Below, piece by piece: positions 18,903-28,011 of a stretch of DNA of 64,000 nt. This DNA is from an uncultured Gemmatimonadales bacterium. GTDB lineage: Bacteria > Gemmatimonadota > Gemmatimonadetes > Gemmatimonadales > GWC2-71-9. Every line of letters starts with the position of its first letter. Position 1 is the stretch's first letter. The DNA lies in contig CAVYSW010000003.1 in the NCBI GenBank assembly GCA_963771275.1, forward strand, positions 1,376,001 through 1,440,000. The letters are read 5' to 3'. The notes under the pieces are model-generated. The model had not been told where the DNA came from, did not search any database, and saw only the letters and a list, made by a program, of their open reading frames with translations. Both the position numbers and the translations under genes were made by a program.

Positions 18903-19604
18903 GTGGAAGGCTGGATCGCATTCGCTCGTGGGCCGATGTTCCGGGCTGCCCTGGTGTTCATGGTGCTGGGGCTGGTGCGCCACGCCGTGATGACCATCTG
19001 GGAGATGCGACGAATCGTGCGCCGGGCGGGTGACAAGACGATTCCGTATCGCAAGGTGCTGATCGCGACGGTGAAGTGGCTGCTTCCGGTGGGGAAGATC
19101 CACCAGCGCCTGCCGTACAGCCTGACGACGCTGGTCTTCCACGTCTCGGTCGTCATCGTGCCGCTCTTCCTCGCCGGGCACATCGCCCTCTGGGCGGCGG
19201 GGACCGGCGTGTCGTGGCCGGCCATCTCGAACGGCCTCGCGGACATTCTGACGATCGCCGCGGTCGTGACCGCCCTGCTGCTCGTGGTGGAGCGGGCGGC
19301 CGCGGCCGACTCCCGGGTGTTGAGCCGGTTTCAGGACTATGTCATCCCGCTCCTGATCGCCGTGCCGTTCGCCTCCGGGTTTCTCGTCCGGCATCCGGCG
19401 TGGAATCCGTTGCCGCTCGATGCGGCGCTTCTCGTGCACGTCGTGAGCGCGAACTTCCTGCTCATCCTGATTCCCCTGACCAAGCTCAGTCACATGATCC
19501 TGATGCCGGCCACCCCGTTGGTGTCCGAGCTGGCATGGCACTTCCCGCCGGACGCCGGACAGCGGGTCGGCGTCGCGCTCGGCAAAGCGGAGCAACCGAT
19601 ATGA
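18903..19604 (+). CDS. HmcE/DsrM-like NarI-family membrane cytochrome b
   Basis: 233 aa, ~5 TM helices, four His (FHV, GHI, VHV, TKLSHM). Confidence 0.82.
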   Translation: MEGWIAFARGPMFRAALVFMVLGLVRHAVMTIWEMRRIVRRAGDKTIPYRKVLIATVKWLLPVGKIHQRLPYSLTTLVFHVSVVIVPLFLAGHIALWAAGTGVSWPAISNGLADILTIAAVVTALLLVVERAAAADSRVLSRFQDYVIPLLIAVPFASGFLVRHPAWNPLPLDAALLVHVVSANFLLILIPLTKLSHMILMPATPLVSELAWHFPPDAGQRVGVALGKAEQPI

Positions 19605-20383
19605 CCGAACGTGTGGCCATCCTGACCGACACGACGCGCTGCACCGGATGCGACAAGTGCGTGGTCGCGTGCAAGGAGAAGAACAAGCTGGGTGAGGACC
19701 ACGCGTGGCGCTGGCAGGGAGCCGTGGATGACCTGTCGTCGTCGCGCCTGTGCACGATCATCCGGCGCCCCGGGGGGCACTTCATCCGCCAGCAGTGCCG
19801 GCACTGCCTCGAGCCGGCGTGCGTCAGCGCCTGTCTGGTGGGCGCGCTGCAGCAGACGCCCGAGGGCGCGGTCGTGTACGACAGCGACCGCTGCATGGGC
19901 TGCCGCTACTGCCTGGTGGCGTGTCCCTACGGGATCCCGCGCTACGAGTGGCAGGATGCGGTGCCGCACGTGCGCAAGTGCACGCTCTGTGCGGACCGGA
20001 TCGCGGAGGGCAAGATCCCGGCGTGTGTCGAGGCGTGTCCGGAGAAGGCGACGATCTTCGGCACCCGGGAGGAGCTGCTCGCCGAGGCGCACCATCGGCT
20101 CGCCGCCCATCCCGCGCGCTACGTGCAGCGGGTGTTCGGCGAGCACGAGGTCGGCGGCACGTCCGTGCTGTACATCTCGGATCTGCCGCTCGACTTCCTG
20201 GGCTGGCAGCCCGACCTGGGTCCGCGGCCGCTGCCGGAGCGCTCGTGGGCATCGCTGCACAAGGTGCCGCCGCTCATGCTCGCCGTCGGAGGCCTGATGA
20301 GCGGCGTGTACTGGGTGATCGGGCGGCGCATGAAGCTGGCGTCGGAACGGGACGCCGCGCCGCGCGAGGCGGACGATGAATAG
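19601..20383 (+). CDS. HmcB/HybA-like 4x[4Fe-4S] protein with C-terminal TM anchor
   Basis: ATGA overlap at 19601; DTTRCTGCDKCVVAC, CRHCLEPACVSAC, CMGCRYCLVACP, CTLC...CVEACP; GEHEVGGTSVLY. Confidence 0.9.
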   Translation: MTERVAILTDTTRCTGCDKCVVACKEKNKLGEDHAWRWQGAVDDLSSSRLCTIIRRPGGHFIRQQCRHCLEPACVSACLVGALQQTPEGAVVYDSDRCMGCRYCLVACPYGIPRYEWQDAVPHVRKCTLCADRIAEGKIPACVEACPEKATIFGTREELLAEAHHRLAAHPARYVQRVFGEHEVGGTSVLYISDLPLDFLGWQPDLGPRPLPERSWASLHKVPPLMLAVGGLMSGVYWVIGRRMKLASERDAAPREADDE

Positions 20384-22401
20384 ACGCCTGGTCGTCCTCA
20401 AGACGGCGCTCTGGGGTCTGGTGGGGGTGCTGGCCGCCGTGACGGTCGTTCGCTTCACGCGCGGTCTGGGAGCGGTCACCGACCTGTCCGACGCCGCGCC
20501 CTGGGGTCTGTGGATCGGCTTCGACGTGATGGCCGGCGTGGCCCTGGCCGCCGGCGGGTTCGTGCTGGCGGGCACGGTGTACATCTTCGGACTGGAGCGG
20601 TACCGGTCCTTCGTCCGGCCGGCGATCCTCACGGCGTTCCTGGGCTATGTGGCCGTGGCGGTCGGGACTGCTGTACGATCTCGGCCTGCCGTGGCACATC
20701 TGGCACCCGCTGATCTACTGGCAGTACCACTCCGTACTGTTCGAAGTCGCGGCCTGCGTGATGTGTTACCTGACGGTGCTCACGCTGGAATTCGCGCCGG
20801 TCGTGCTGGAGCACCCGTGGTTCGCGCGGCCGGCGTTCCGGAAGGTGTTGGGCGGCTTGAAGCGGATCACGATCGGCCTGGTGATCGCGGGGATCGTTCT
20901 CTCGACCCTGCACCAGTCGTCGCTCGGCTCACTGTTCCTCATCACCCCCTATCGACTCCACCCGCTGTGGTACAGCCCGATCATCTACGTGCTGTTCTTC
21001 GTGTCGGCGGTGGGGTTGGGGCTCATGACGGTCGTGCTGGAATCGCTGCTGGCGGCGGTGTTCCTGGGGCACAAGGTGCACGTGAAGCTGCTCGCCGGGC
21101 TCGGCAAGGCGGCGGCCGTGGTGCTCGGTCTCTACACCGTGTTGCGGTTGGGTGACCTGGCGGTGCGTGGGGTGCTGCCGTCGGTGCTGGACGGCTCGTG
21201 GCAGAGCGCGCTGTTCGTCTTCGAGCTCGGGATCAGCGCCATGATCCCCGCCGGCCTGCTGCTGCTGCCGCGGGTCCGCGCGAGCGTGGCGGGGCTGGCC
21301 GTGTGCGCCGGCATGACCGTCGCCGGCATGGTGCTGAACCGGGTCGACGTCTGCATGGTGGCGTTCGCGCGGCCGCAAAACATGGGCTACTTCCCGCGCT
21401 GGATGGAGTTCGCCGTCAGCGTGGGTATCGTCGCGGCCGCCGTGCTGGCGTTCGTCTTCTTCGTCGAGCGCTTCCGGGTCTACCTGGACGAAGACGCTCC
21501 CCAGCCCCACGCGGAGCCGTCGTTCCATCCCGCGGCGCTGCGGAACCTGCTCCCGTCCAGGCTGGCCGCGCCGCGCCGGTTCTCGCTGGCGGCCATCTCG
21601 GGCGCCGCCGCGGCGGTGCTGTTCCTGCCGGGCCAGGCGTTCACGGGCGCGGTGCCCACCCGCACCCCGGCGCTGGCCCCACGCACGGTCGAGGCCACCG
21701 CGGTGACGGGGGCCCGTGGTGAGCGCCGCAAGCTGCTGCTGGCGGGACACCCGGGAGTGCCGGGGGACGGCCGCCAGGTGCGGGTGCTGATGATCGACGG
21801 CAACCGGAACGGCGACGCCGTGCTGTTCGACCACGACAACCACATCGAGCGGCTGCATGGCGATGCGTCGTGCAAGGCGTGCCATCATCTCAATCTGCCG
21901 CTCGACGACGACGCGCCCTGCTACGCCTGTCACCGCGACATGTACGAGCCGACATCGCCGTTCGACCACGCGCTCCACGTGCAGGAGTTGCGCGGCAATG
22001 CGGGCTGCGGCAAGTGCCACAAGGACCCCGCCGCCGCAAAGACTCTCGAGGCGGCCGCCCCGTGCGCCGAGTGTCACAAGGACCTGGTGGTTGCGGGGTC
22101 CAGAATCGCGGCGCCGCACGACGTGTGGCGGCCGGCGGCCGGCTACGTGGCGGCGATGCATGGGCTGTGCGTCAAGTGTCATGAGGAGAACGTCCGCGAG
22201 CGGCCAGCGGACACGCCGCAGCACCTGGAGCGCTGCGACACGTGTCATGACGCGGACCGCGGTGTGGATCTGGAGCGCATGAGGCCGGACAACGCCAGGC
22301 TGCGCGACGGGCGGGGTGCCCGTACCGGCGGGAGCCGGGGCGGTGACGAGGTTCGAGGCGCGGCGACGGCCGCCGGGCCACGGCCCGACGGGAAAGGGTG
22401 A
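20376..22401 (+). CDS. HmcC/HybB (NrfD family) membrane protein fused to a hexaheme cytochrome c domain; one +1 frameshift near 20665
   Basis: N-part PWGLWIGFDV...GYVAVAVG joins GLLYDLGLPW...SVLFEVAAC...LSTLHQSSLGSL in another frame (gtcGGGactg); six CxxCH motifs at the C-terminus. Confidence 0.85.
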
Positions 22402-23543
22402 ACATGCCAACCGCGATTGACACGTGGCTGCGCGCGCACCTGTTCGACGAGGTGCCGGTCAGCATCTGCGTGATCGACCGGGACTTTCGGATCGTCAGGG
22501 CGAACCGCCGGTTTTGCAGCGAGTACGGACCGTGCGACGGCCGGCGGTGCTACGAGGCCTACAAAGGCCGGCACAGCCGCTGCGACCAGTGCGCCGCGGT
22601 GAAGACGTTCGACGACGGGAAGATCCGCAGCCGTGAGGAGGAAGGCAGCGTCCGTGACGGGAGCCCGGCCCACTACATGGTGCACATGGTACCCATCGCG
22701 CGGCCCGATGGGAGCATCCCGTACGTCATCGAGATGTCCACCGACATCACGTCGGTCAAGCGACTCGAGCGGGAGAAGCGGGAGGCCGAGCGGCTGGCGG
22801 CCGTCGGCGAGACCGTCGCGGGCCTCGCGCACGGGATCAAGAACGTGCTGATGGGCTTGGAAGGCGGCATGTACGCGGTCAACACGGGCATCCAGCGAGC
22901 GGATGACGAGCGGATCGCCCAGGGCTGGCTCATGCTGGAGGAGAACATCGCGCGGATCTCGGAGTTCACGCAGGAGTTTCTCGATTTCGCCAAAGGCCGG
23001 CCGGCGGACGTGGCGCTGGTGGATCCCAACAGTCCCGCGCGGAAGGTCGCGGAGCTGTTCCGGGAGAAAGCGGCGAAAATGGGGATCACGCTGCACACCG
23101 AGCTGGGGGACGGGATCGCGCCCGCGCCGCTGGACGCGGACGGGATTCACACGTGCCTGGCGAACCTGGTGTCGAACGCGCTCGACGCGTGCCGGGCGAG
23201 CGACAAGGACCGCGCCTACACGGTGACGCTGACGTCCCGGGATGCGGACAGCGTGCTGGTCTACGAGGTGTCCGACAACGGCCGCGGCATGGACTATGAG
23301 GTGAGCCGCAAGGTATTCGCGCGGTTCTTCACGACGAAGGGATCACACCGGGGTGTCGGGCTGGGACTGCTCACCACCCGGAAGATCGTCGATCAGCACG
23401 GCGGCCGTGTATCCTTCACCTCCAAGGAGGGGGAGGGCTCCCGGTTCCGCATCGAGCTTCCCCGGGACAGGCTGCCGCGGCCCACCGAGCAGGCGGCGTC
23501 GCTTCAGCCGGCAGCGAACGACGACGCTCACGCGAGGCGCTGA
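22398..23543 (+). CDS. PAS-domain sensor histidine kinase
   Basis: Cys-rich PAS (CYEAYKGRHSRCDQC), H-box AHGIKN, N-box NLVSNALDA, DNGRG, FFTTK, GVGLGL. Confidence 0.93.
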   Translation: MNMPTAIDTWLRAHLFDEVPVSICVIDRDFRIVRANRRFCSEYGPCDGRRCYEAYKGRHSRCDQCAAVKTFDDGKIRSREEEGSVRDGSPAHYMVHMVPIARPDGSIPYVIEMSTDITSVKRLEREKREAERLAAVGETVAGLAHGIKNVLMGLEGGMYAVNTGIQRADDERIAQGWLMLEENIARISEFTQEFLDFAKGRPADVALVDPNSPARKVAELFREKAAKMGITLHTELGDGIAPAPLDADGIHTCLANLVSNALDACRASDKDRAYTVTLTSRDADSVLVYEVSDNGRGMDYEVSRKVFARFFTTKGSHRGVGLGLLTTRKIVDQHGGRVSFTSKEGEGSRFRIELPRDRLPRPTEQAASLQPAANDDAHARR

Positions 23544-23547
23544 GATC

Positions 23548-24093
23548 ATGGTGCAAGCCCAGGACAAGACCGTACTCGTGGTCGACGACGAGCCGAACGT
23601 CCGGAGCTACCTGGCGCAGATTCTCAAGGACGCGGGGTTCACCGTCGTGACGGCGGCCGATGGTGACGAGGCGCTGGAGCTGATCCGCAGCCGGCCGCCG
23701 GACTTCATCTCGCTGGACCTGGTGATGCCGCGGAAGAGCGGGCGCCGGCTGCTGTACGAGCTGCGGAAGGACCGGCACCTGGCCCAGATCCCCGTCCTCA
23801 TCGTCACCGCCCACGCGCAGGATGACCTGGGCCGGTCCGACATGGACGATCTCATGCAGGGCAAGGTGCTGTCCGGGACGGGCGTGTACCTGGAGAAGCC
23901 GGTGAAGCCGCTGGACTACGTGCGCATCGTCCAATCGGCGCTGGGCATCGCGGAGGCCGACCACACGGTCGACCGGATCAGTCTCAAGGAAGAGCTGGAG
24001 CGGCAGATCCAGGGGGCGGAGCCGCACGCGCTGCGCCGTGCCCTCGAGATCCTCAAGAAGAAACCGCGGCCCGACGCCACCGATCAGCAGTGA
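23548..24093 (+). CDS. Response regulator receiver protein
   Basis: Start MVQAQDKTVLVVDDE; LDLVMP phospho-Asp; EKP; short helical tail, no DNA-binding domain. Confidence 0.9.
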   Translation: MVQAQDKTVLVVDDEPNVRSYLAQILKDAGFTVVTAADGDEALELIRSRPPDFISLDLVMPRKSGRRLLYELRKDRHLAQIPVLIVTAHAQDDLGRSDMDDLMQGKVLSGTGVYLEKPVKPLDYVRIVQSALGIAEADHTVDRISLKEELERQIQGAEPHALRRALEILKKKPRPDATDQQ

Positions 24094-24119
24094 GCGGGAC
24101 CGCTCAAGGAGGCCTGTCC

Positions 24120-24551
24120 ATGTCGACCGCCGGCGGAAGCAACGGCAAGAAGAAGATCCTCATCGTGGAGGACGAGCCCGACGTCGTGGCGTATCTCGAG
24201 ATGCTGCTGCGTGACGCCGGGTACGCCACGGTGTCGGCCCGGGACGGGCTCGAGGGCTTGAAGCTGGCGCGGCGGGAGAAGCCCGATCTCGTGACGCTGG
24301 ACATCGTGATGCCCGAGACCACCGGCGCGCGCTTCTACAAGGAGATCCGGAGCGATCCGGAGCTCGCCAAGATCCCGGTGGTTATCGTCACCGCGGTCCG
24401 AGGATACGCCGGCGATCCGTACGGCTACGAGAAGTTCATCAGCAAGCGGCACTCGGTGCCGCCGCCGGATGGCTTCTTCCCCAAGCCGATCGACAAGGAC
24501 GCGTTTCTCGAGGCGGTGCGAAAGCTGGTCTCGCGCGCGGCTGTGAGTTAG
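24120..24551 (+). CDS. Single-domain response regulator
   Basis: ILIVEDE, PDLVTLDIVMP, PKP; AAGGAGG RBS before ATG 24120. Confidence 0.9.
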   Translation: MSTAGGSNGKKKILIVEDEPDVVAYLEMLLRDAGYATVSARDGLEGLKLARREKPDLVTLDIVMPETTGARFYKEIRSDPELAKIPVVIVTAVRGYAGDPYGYEKFISKRHSVPPPDGFFPKPIDKDAFLEAVRKLVSRAAVS

Positions 24552-24620
24552 CCACCCCACAGTGCTTCCGCCGAAACCGCGGTTTTGGCTGGGGGTACGT
24601 ACTTGGGGAGGAGTGGTGAC

Positions 24621-25118
24621 ATGGTTCATCGCTTGGTGGGCTGCGCGTGGCTGGTGGCCGTTGGGCTTGGCGTGCTGGCTGCCGCGCCCGTCCAACGGCA
24701 GGCGCAGCTGGTCGGGCAGGAGTCGCCCCAACCGTGCCGGCTTCCGCGCTCCGTCATACCGGCCGTCCCCGAGAAGATGCCCATACCGGATTCCATCTGG
24801 GCCGAGATCAACGCGCCGGAGAACATCGTACACGACGATTCGGTCGTGGCTGGGCCCTACCCGCGCGACTTGATCGTCCTCTGGTTTCGTGACGAGGCCA
24901 CGCAGGCCGAGCGGCAAGGTGCCGTGGATCTCATCGGTGCCCAACTTATTGGGAGTGCTCCCATGCGTCCGGGTGGGCCTTACTTCTTGCGCATCTGCCA
25001 CGACGGCACCACGGGACCGCTTCACGCGGCCATCAGGCGGCTGCGGGCGCTTCCGGGAGTCGCGGCCGTCACCACGCTCCCCCCGCCGCTGAGCCCGGCG
25101 GCCCACCCAGAGCGCTGA
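24621..25118 (+). CDS. Secreted hypothetical protein (paralog 1), subtilisin-prodomain-like
   Basis: GGAGGAG RBS, signal-peptide-like N-terminus, strong similarity to the next ORF. Confidence 0.7.
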   Translation: MVHRLVGCAWLVAVGLGVLAAAPVQRQAQLVGQESPQPCRLPRSVIPAVPEKMPIPDSIWAEINAPENIVHDDSVVAGPYPRDLIVLWFRDEATQAERQGAVDLIGAQLIGSAPMRPGGPYFLRICHDGTTGPLHAAIRRLRALPGVAAVTTLPPPLSPAAHPER

Positions 25119-25141
25119 CCGGGGTTGGGGCAGGCGGTACG

Positions 25142-25642
25142 ATGCCTGTAGGAGAATCCCAGGTAGCACCTGCCTCCACGATGGGTCCGTGGTCTGCAAT
25201 CGTTGCGCTTGCCTTGTTGGTGAACGCGCCTTTCCTGCACGCAGCGCGGTTGGTGGGTCAAGAGTCGCCCAAACCCTGCCGGCTTCCGCACTCTGTCGTT
25301 TCCGCACCGCCTGACAGCTTTTCGGCCGAAGTCGCCAAAGAAGTCTACGCTCCGGAGAACATCGTCTGGGTTGATTCGATCATGACCGGCCCGTATCCGC
25401 GTGACATGATCTGGCTCTGGTTCTATGACGACACGCCATACGCCGACCGGCAGGCGGCCATTGACTCGATCGGCGGGACGGTAGTAGGCGGCTACCCGTT
25501 CCGGCCGGGTGGTGCCTACTACGTGCGCATTTGCCACGACGGAACCGCTGGGCCGCTGCACCGGGCGATTCGACGGCTGCAGGCCCTTCCCGGAGTCCGG
25601 CTGGCCACGCCAGACCTTGAGATGGCCCTGCGTCCGACGTAG
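25142..25642 (+). CDS. Secreted hypothetical protein (paralog 2)
   Basis: Shares LVGQESPxPCRLP, APENIV, GPYPRD, RICHDGTxGPLHxAIRRLxALPGV with paralog 1; start may be 25181. Confidence 0.7.
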   Translation: MPVGESQVAPASTMGPWSAIVALALLVNAPFLHAARLVGQESPKPCRLPHSVVSAPPDSFSAEVAKEVYAPENIVWVDSIMTGPYPRDMIWLWFYDDTPYADRQAAIDSIGGTVVGGYPFRPGGAYYVRICHDGTAGPLHRAIRRLQALPGVRLATPDLEMALRPT

Positions 25643-25685
25643 CTACGGCCATCGGACGGCCCCCCCGACCTGTGCAGGGCAATCC

Positions 25686-26576
25686 CTAGCCCGCTTCCCC
25701 AAGCTCCGCCAGCAGTCGCCGCGCGAGTCGCACTCCGACATCGTCGGGGTCCGGGCCCTCCTCGGTGCCTTGGACGTCGCGGGTCTGGTCGTCACTGAAC
25801 AGGCGCCCCCGCAGGGCCACGAGATCGGCACGCAGCGTCGCCAGCGCCCCGACTGGCGCGTGACAGCCTGCGTTGATCTCGCGGAGCAGGGCCCGCTCGG
25901 CGGTCACGGTCCGGCGGGTGGTCGGGTCGTCGATCGCCGCGACGAGGCCGGCGACCTCACTCCCTGCCCGCGCCTGCACCGCCAGCGCTCCCTGCGCCGG
26001 CGCCGGCAGGAACCGCTCGAGTGGGAGATCGATCCGATGGGGGTGATCGATGCCCAGGCGGTTGAGCCCCGCGGCCGCGAGGATCACGCCGTCCAGGCCC
26101 TCCCGTTCCAGCTTGGCAATCCGCGTGGGCACGTTGCCCCGGATGGGCACGATCTCCACCTTGCACAGCCGCTTGATCTGCGCGGCGCGGCGCGGGCTGT
26201 TGGTGCCGATGCGGGCGCCGGCCGGGAGGTCTTCCAGCCTCCTCGCGCCGCGGGTGAGCAGCACGTCGTGCGGCGCCTCCCGGAGCGGGATCGCGGCGAT
26301 TGCGAGACCGTCGGTAGGCGCGGTCGGCAGGTCCTTGTAGCTGTGCACCGCCACGTCGATCCGCCGCTCGAGCAAGGCCTGCTCCAGCGCGGTCACGAAG
26401 GCGCCCTCGGGCCAGGCGGGACCGAACGGCTGGTCCGGCACTCGATCGCCGTGAGTCTTGATGATCACCTGCTCGACGGCGAGCGACGGGTGCGCCTCAC
26501 GCAGCCGATCGCACACCCAGCCGGTCTGCCGGAGCGCCAGGTCGCTGCCGCGCGTGCCGACCCGGACGGCCGTCAC
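25686..26576 (-). CDS. hemC: Hydroxymethylbilane synthase
   Basis: GTRGSDLALRQ, DVAVHSYKDLP, IRGNVPTR, PAPAQGAL, GCHAPVG. Confidence 0.95.
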   Translation of the reverse strand: MTAVRVGTRGSDLALRQTGWVCDRLREAHPSLAVEQVIIKTHGDRVPDQPFGPAWPEGAFVTALEQALLERRIDVAVHSYKDLPTAPTDGLAIAAIPLREAPHDVLLTRGARRLEDLPAGARIGTNSPRRAAQIKRLCKVEIVPIRGNVPTRIAKLEREGLDGVILAAAGLNRLGIDHPHRIDLPLERFLPAPAQGALAVQARAGSEVAGLVAAIDDPTTRRTVTAERALLREINAGCHAPVGALATLRADLVALRGRLFSDDQTRDVQGTEEGPDPDDVGVRLARRLLAELGEAG

Positions 26577-27879
26577 GCGCTCGCCTGGCGGAACGCCTCA
26601 CCGGCCGCGTCGATCACGTGCGCGATCGCCTGGTCGTCATGGGCGGCGGAGACGAACATGGCCTCGTAGGAGGAGGGTGGGAGCCACACGCCGCGGTCGA
26701 GCATCGCCCGGAAGAACCGCGCGAACAGGGCGTGATCGCACGCCTGGGCGTCGGCGAAGTTCACCACGGGGCGGTCGAGCAGGGCCATGCCCAGCATGCC
26801 GCCCGTCGCACCGGCCTGGAGCGCAACCCCCGCGGCCGCCGCCGCGCGCCGCAGTCCGTCCGTGAGCTGCACGGCGCGGCTCTCCAGCGTCCGGTAGAAA
26901 CCTTCGGCGCGGCACAGGGTCAGGGTGGCGATCCCGGCCGCCATGCCCAGCGGATTGCCGCTCAGGGTCCCTGCCTGATACACCGGTCCCGAGGGGCTCA
27001 CCCGCTCCATCAAGGCTCTGGGGCCCCCAAAGGCCGCGACCGGCATGCCGCCGCCGATCACCTTGCCGAGGCAGGTGAGGTCGGGGCGCACGCCGCAGAC
27101 GTTCTGATAGCCGCCCCAGGCCACCCGGAACCCGGTCATCACCTCGTCGAACACGAGCAGGCTCCCGTGCCGATCGCACAGCGCGCGGAGCCCCTCGAGG
27201 AACCCGTCCAGCGGCTCGACGTAGCCCATGTTGCCTGCAATCGGCTCCACCAGGATGGCGGCGATCTCGGTCCCGTGCCGGTCCATGATGCGCCGCCATC
27301 GCCGGCAGGTCGTTGAACGGCGCCAGCATGCGTCTCGGCGGCGTAGGCCGCCGGCACGCCGGCCGAGTCGGGGACGCCGAACGTAGCGGCGCCCGAGCCC
27401 GCGGCCACCAACAGGCCGTCGACGTGCCCGTGGTAACACCCGATGAACTTCAAGACCTTGGTTCGGCCGGTCGCAGCGCGGACCAGCCGGACGGCGCTCA
27501 TCGTGGCCTCCGTGCCGCTGTTCACGAACCGCACCACCTCGATCGACGGGAGCGCCGCGACGATCAGCTCCGCCAGCTCGGCCTCGGCCGCGCAGCACGC
27601 GCCGAAGCTCAAGCCGCGCGCGGCGGCGTCGGCCACCGCGCGGACCACCGCGGGGTGGGCGTGGCCCACGACCGCCGTGCCCCAGCTCCCGACCAGATCC
27701 ACGTAGCGCGCGCCGTCCACATCACAGACGTAGGCGCCTTCCATGCGATCGACGAAGACCGGGCGGCCCCCCACCGCGCGGAACGCGCGGACCGGGCTGT
27801 TGACACCGCCCACCAGCACGCGGCACGCGCGCTCGAAAAGCGCGGCGGAGCGGGGTCGGGCGCCGGGGCGTTCGGTCAT
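26573..27879 (-). CDS. hemL: Glutamate-1-semialdehyde 2,1-aminomutase, with two +1 frameshifts near 27296-27330
   Basis: [26 protein letters not shown] in one frame; LAPFNDL in a second; [27 protein letters not shown] in a third; joined length 435 codons. Confidence 0.9.
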
Positions 27880-28011
27880 GTCTTCCTGGGATCCTCCGAC
27901 CCATAATGTAGTGCGTCGTTGGGAGGGCGGCCGCGCCGGTGGACCCTTCCTCGAACATCCGCGTAGCACTGTGCGTACACGAATCAGGCCCAAGCCCAGC
28001 AGAGCGACGAC

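Noticed and set aside
19076..19600. Extended N-terminus of the HmcB-like ORF as a possible leader
   Set aside because: Overlaps the hmcE-like gene and is Arg/Pro-rich shadow sequence with no hydrophobic core.
24559..24590. CACAGTG heptamer next to a short palindrome
   Set aside because: No matching nonamer or partner end; chance occurrence or a simple hairpin.
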